From Marsupella aquatica (lineage: Eukaryota; Plantae; Marchantiophyta), in NCBI GenBank assembly GCA_973895155.1, contig OZ316897.1, positions 13,577,375 through 13,641,374 of the forward strand: a DNA stretch of 64,000 nucleotides. Direction: 5' to 3'. The notes below the pieces were generated by a model, which was not told the origin of the DNA, did no database searches, and worked only from the letters and a program-made list of their open reading frames with translations. Of this stretch, positions 62,683-64,000 are shown piece after piece. Positions within the stretch are counted from its first letter, which is position 1. Each line of letters opens with the position of its first letter. The translations under genes and the position numbers were made by a program.

Positions 62683-63529
62683 GTGACCGTGTTTTCTAAT
62701 AAGAGCATATTGGCTCTTATGAAGTCAACCTTTCATGCCCATAAGTTCTACACTAAAATCAAAATGATAACTCTTGTAAGAAGGGTGATGGGTATTAAAA
62801 AAGGTTCAGGTGAAACTAATATACTATTAAATCCTATTTCACCATACTTGCGGATCAACACATCTCGAAAACTAAATTTTTCACAATGTACAATCCTAAT
62901 ATCTCCAGGAGAAAATGAAATAAAAATGTCATCTGGACTCCTATTTAGATCCATGACTTCAATAAAAGACAAAGATAATGCACTCCCACTTTTTGGTAAG
63001 ACACTATTGGGTATACTATTGGCTCATTAGAACTCATAATAGCAGCTGCAAATTGAGCTCCAAAATGATAAGTTGAATGCTGCCTCATGGATGGCTTGTC
63101 TAAAAGATGGACTCTAACCAAAAATGGATTACGAAAGGGAATATTAGGGATATCTCTCCCTCGTGGATTCATAATGACTCTCTTATTCCTTTGTTATCCG
63201 GGCCAAAGGATGCCCCACCCCTAAGTTCTCAAAGAGACCTTGTTCCCTAAGATCCCATCTATAAGTCTACCACTCATTCCTTTGCTATCCGGGCCAAAGG
63301 ATGCCCCACTACTATGTACATAAGGCAAATAATAGAATAGAAAGATGAGAGAAGAAAAGAGGATCGCTTCGACGCGGAAATTATCAAAATGTGGGAATGA
63401 AGAGAGAGTGCCCCTCACCACTTTATTTATATTGAATCCAAGAGGGCATGGATTACGCCCAAACGTTTGGATGAAAGCCAAGTGGCACACATCCAACGTA
63501 GGAATATATGTTAGTACTATTGTAATCAA

Positions 63530-63935
63530 AAAAATAATGCATGCAAGTAAAACAACTAATGCATGCACTTAAAATAATTTGTGCATGCATGCACCTTGTG
63601 GCTTGCATATTTGTTCACCTTGCATGCGCATAAAACAACTAATTCATGCAAATAAAATAATTTACATGCATCTAAAATAATTTGTGCATGCACCTTGTGA
63701 CTTGCACATTTACTTATCTTACATGCACATAAAATAACTAATGCATGCAAATAAAACAATTTGCATGCACCTAAAACAATTTGTGCATGCACCTTGTGGC
63801 TTGCACATTTGCTCACCTTGCTTGCACATAAAATGACTATTGCATGCAAATAAAACAATTTGCACATGCATCCAAACAATTTGTGCATGCATCTTATGGT
63901 TTGTATAGTTGCTTACCTTGCATGCACATACATAA
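63530..63935. repeat. TGCATGCA-rich tandem repeat, ~95-bp period
   Basis: tttgtgcatgcacctt.tgg.ttgcaca.tt...ccttgcatgcacataaaa repeated about four times. Confidence 0.9.
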
Positions 63936-64000
63936 TAGTCGAATTATTTAGTTACCCCGTAACAATATATAAAGCTAACCTATATACTTACTTATATACT

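Noticed and set aside
63556-63888. 110-aa Cys/His-rich repetitive ORF
   Set aside because: It is a translation of the TGCATGCA tandem repeat.

Overview
Eukaryotic nuclear DNA from a land plant, judged from GT-AG spliced genes with plant-type homologues. A liverwort or other bryophyte is my inference and is not shown. No prokaryotic features, rRNA, tRNA or CRISPR array were seen. Five genes look intact: ESCRT-III CHMP1/VPS46 (7.3-7.9 kb, -), an atypical cinnamoyl-CoA-reductase-like SDR (24.3-25.9 kb, +), Shewanella-like phosphatase SLP1 (39.8-43.3 kb, +), sucrose-phosphate phosphatase SPP (44.9-47.6 kb, -) and an ankyrin-repeat/PGG membrane protein (51.2-54.8 kb, -). Between them lie pseudogenes (an inverted SPP copy, a NYN/C2H2 protein, a CYP77-like P450 tail), transposon relics (Harbinger-type Myb/SANT ORF, Ty3 gag fragments), many short tandem duplications and a ~1-kb almost pure A/T tract. 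The most interesting observations are three. (1) A pol-less, apparently exonised Ty3-Gag capsid gene carries two tandem C-terminal capsid modules and one in-frame TGA. (2) The SPP is cut back to its HAD catalytic domain, has a transit-peptide-like N-terminal extension, and its plant C-terminal domain is decaying downstream; the same stop is present in the inverted pseudogene copy. (3) The ACD6-like ANK-PGG protein has an extra N-terminal helical domain resembling NLR CC/RPW8-type domains. All exon coordinates were read by eye and no database searches were run.
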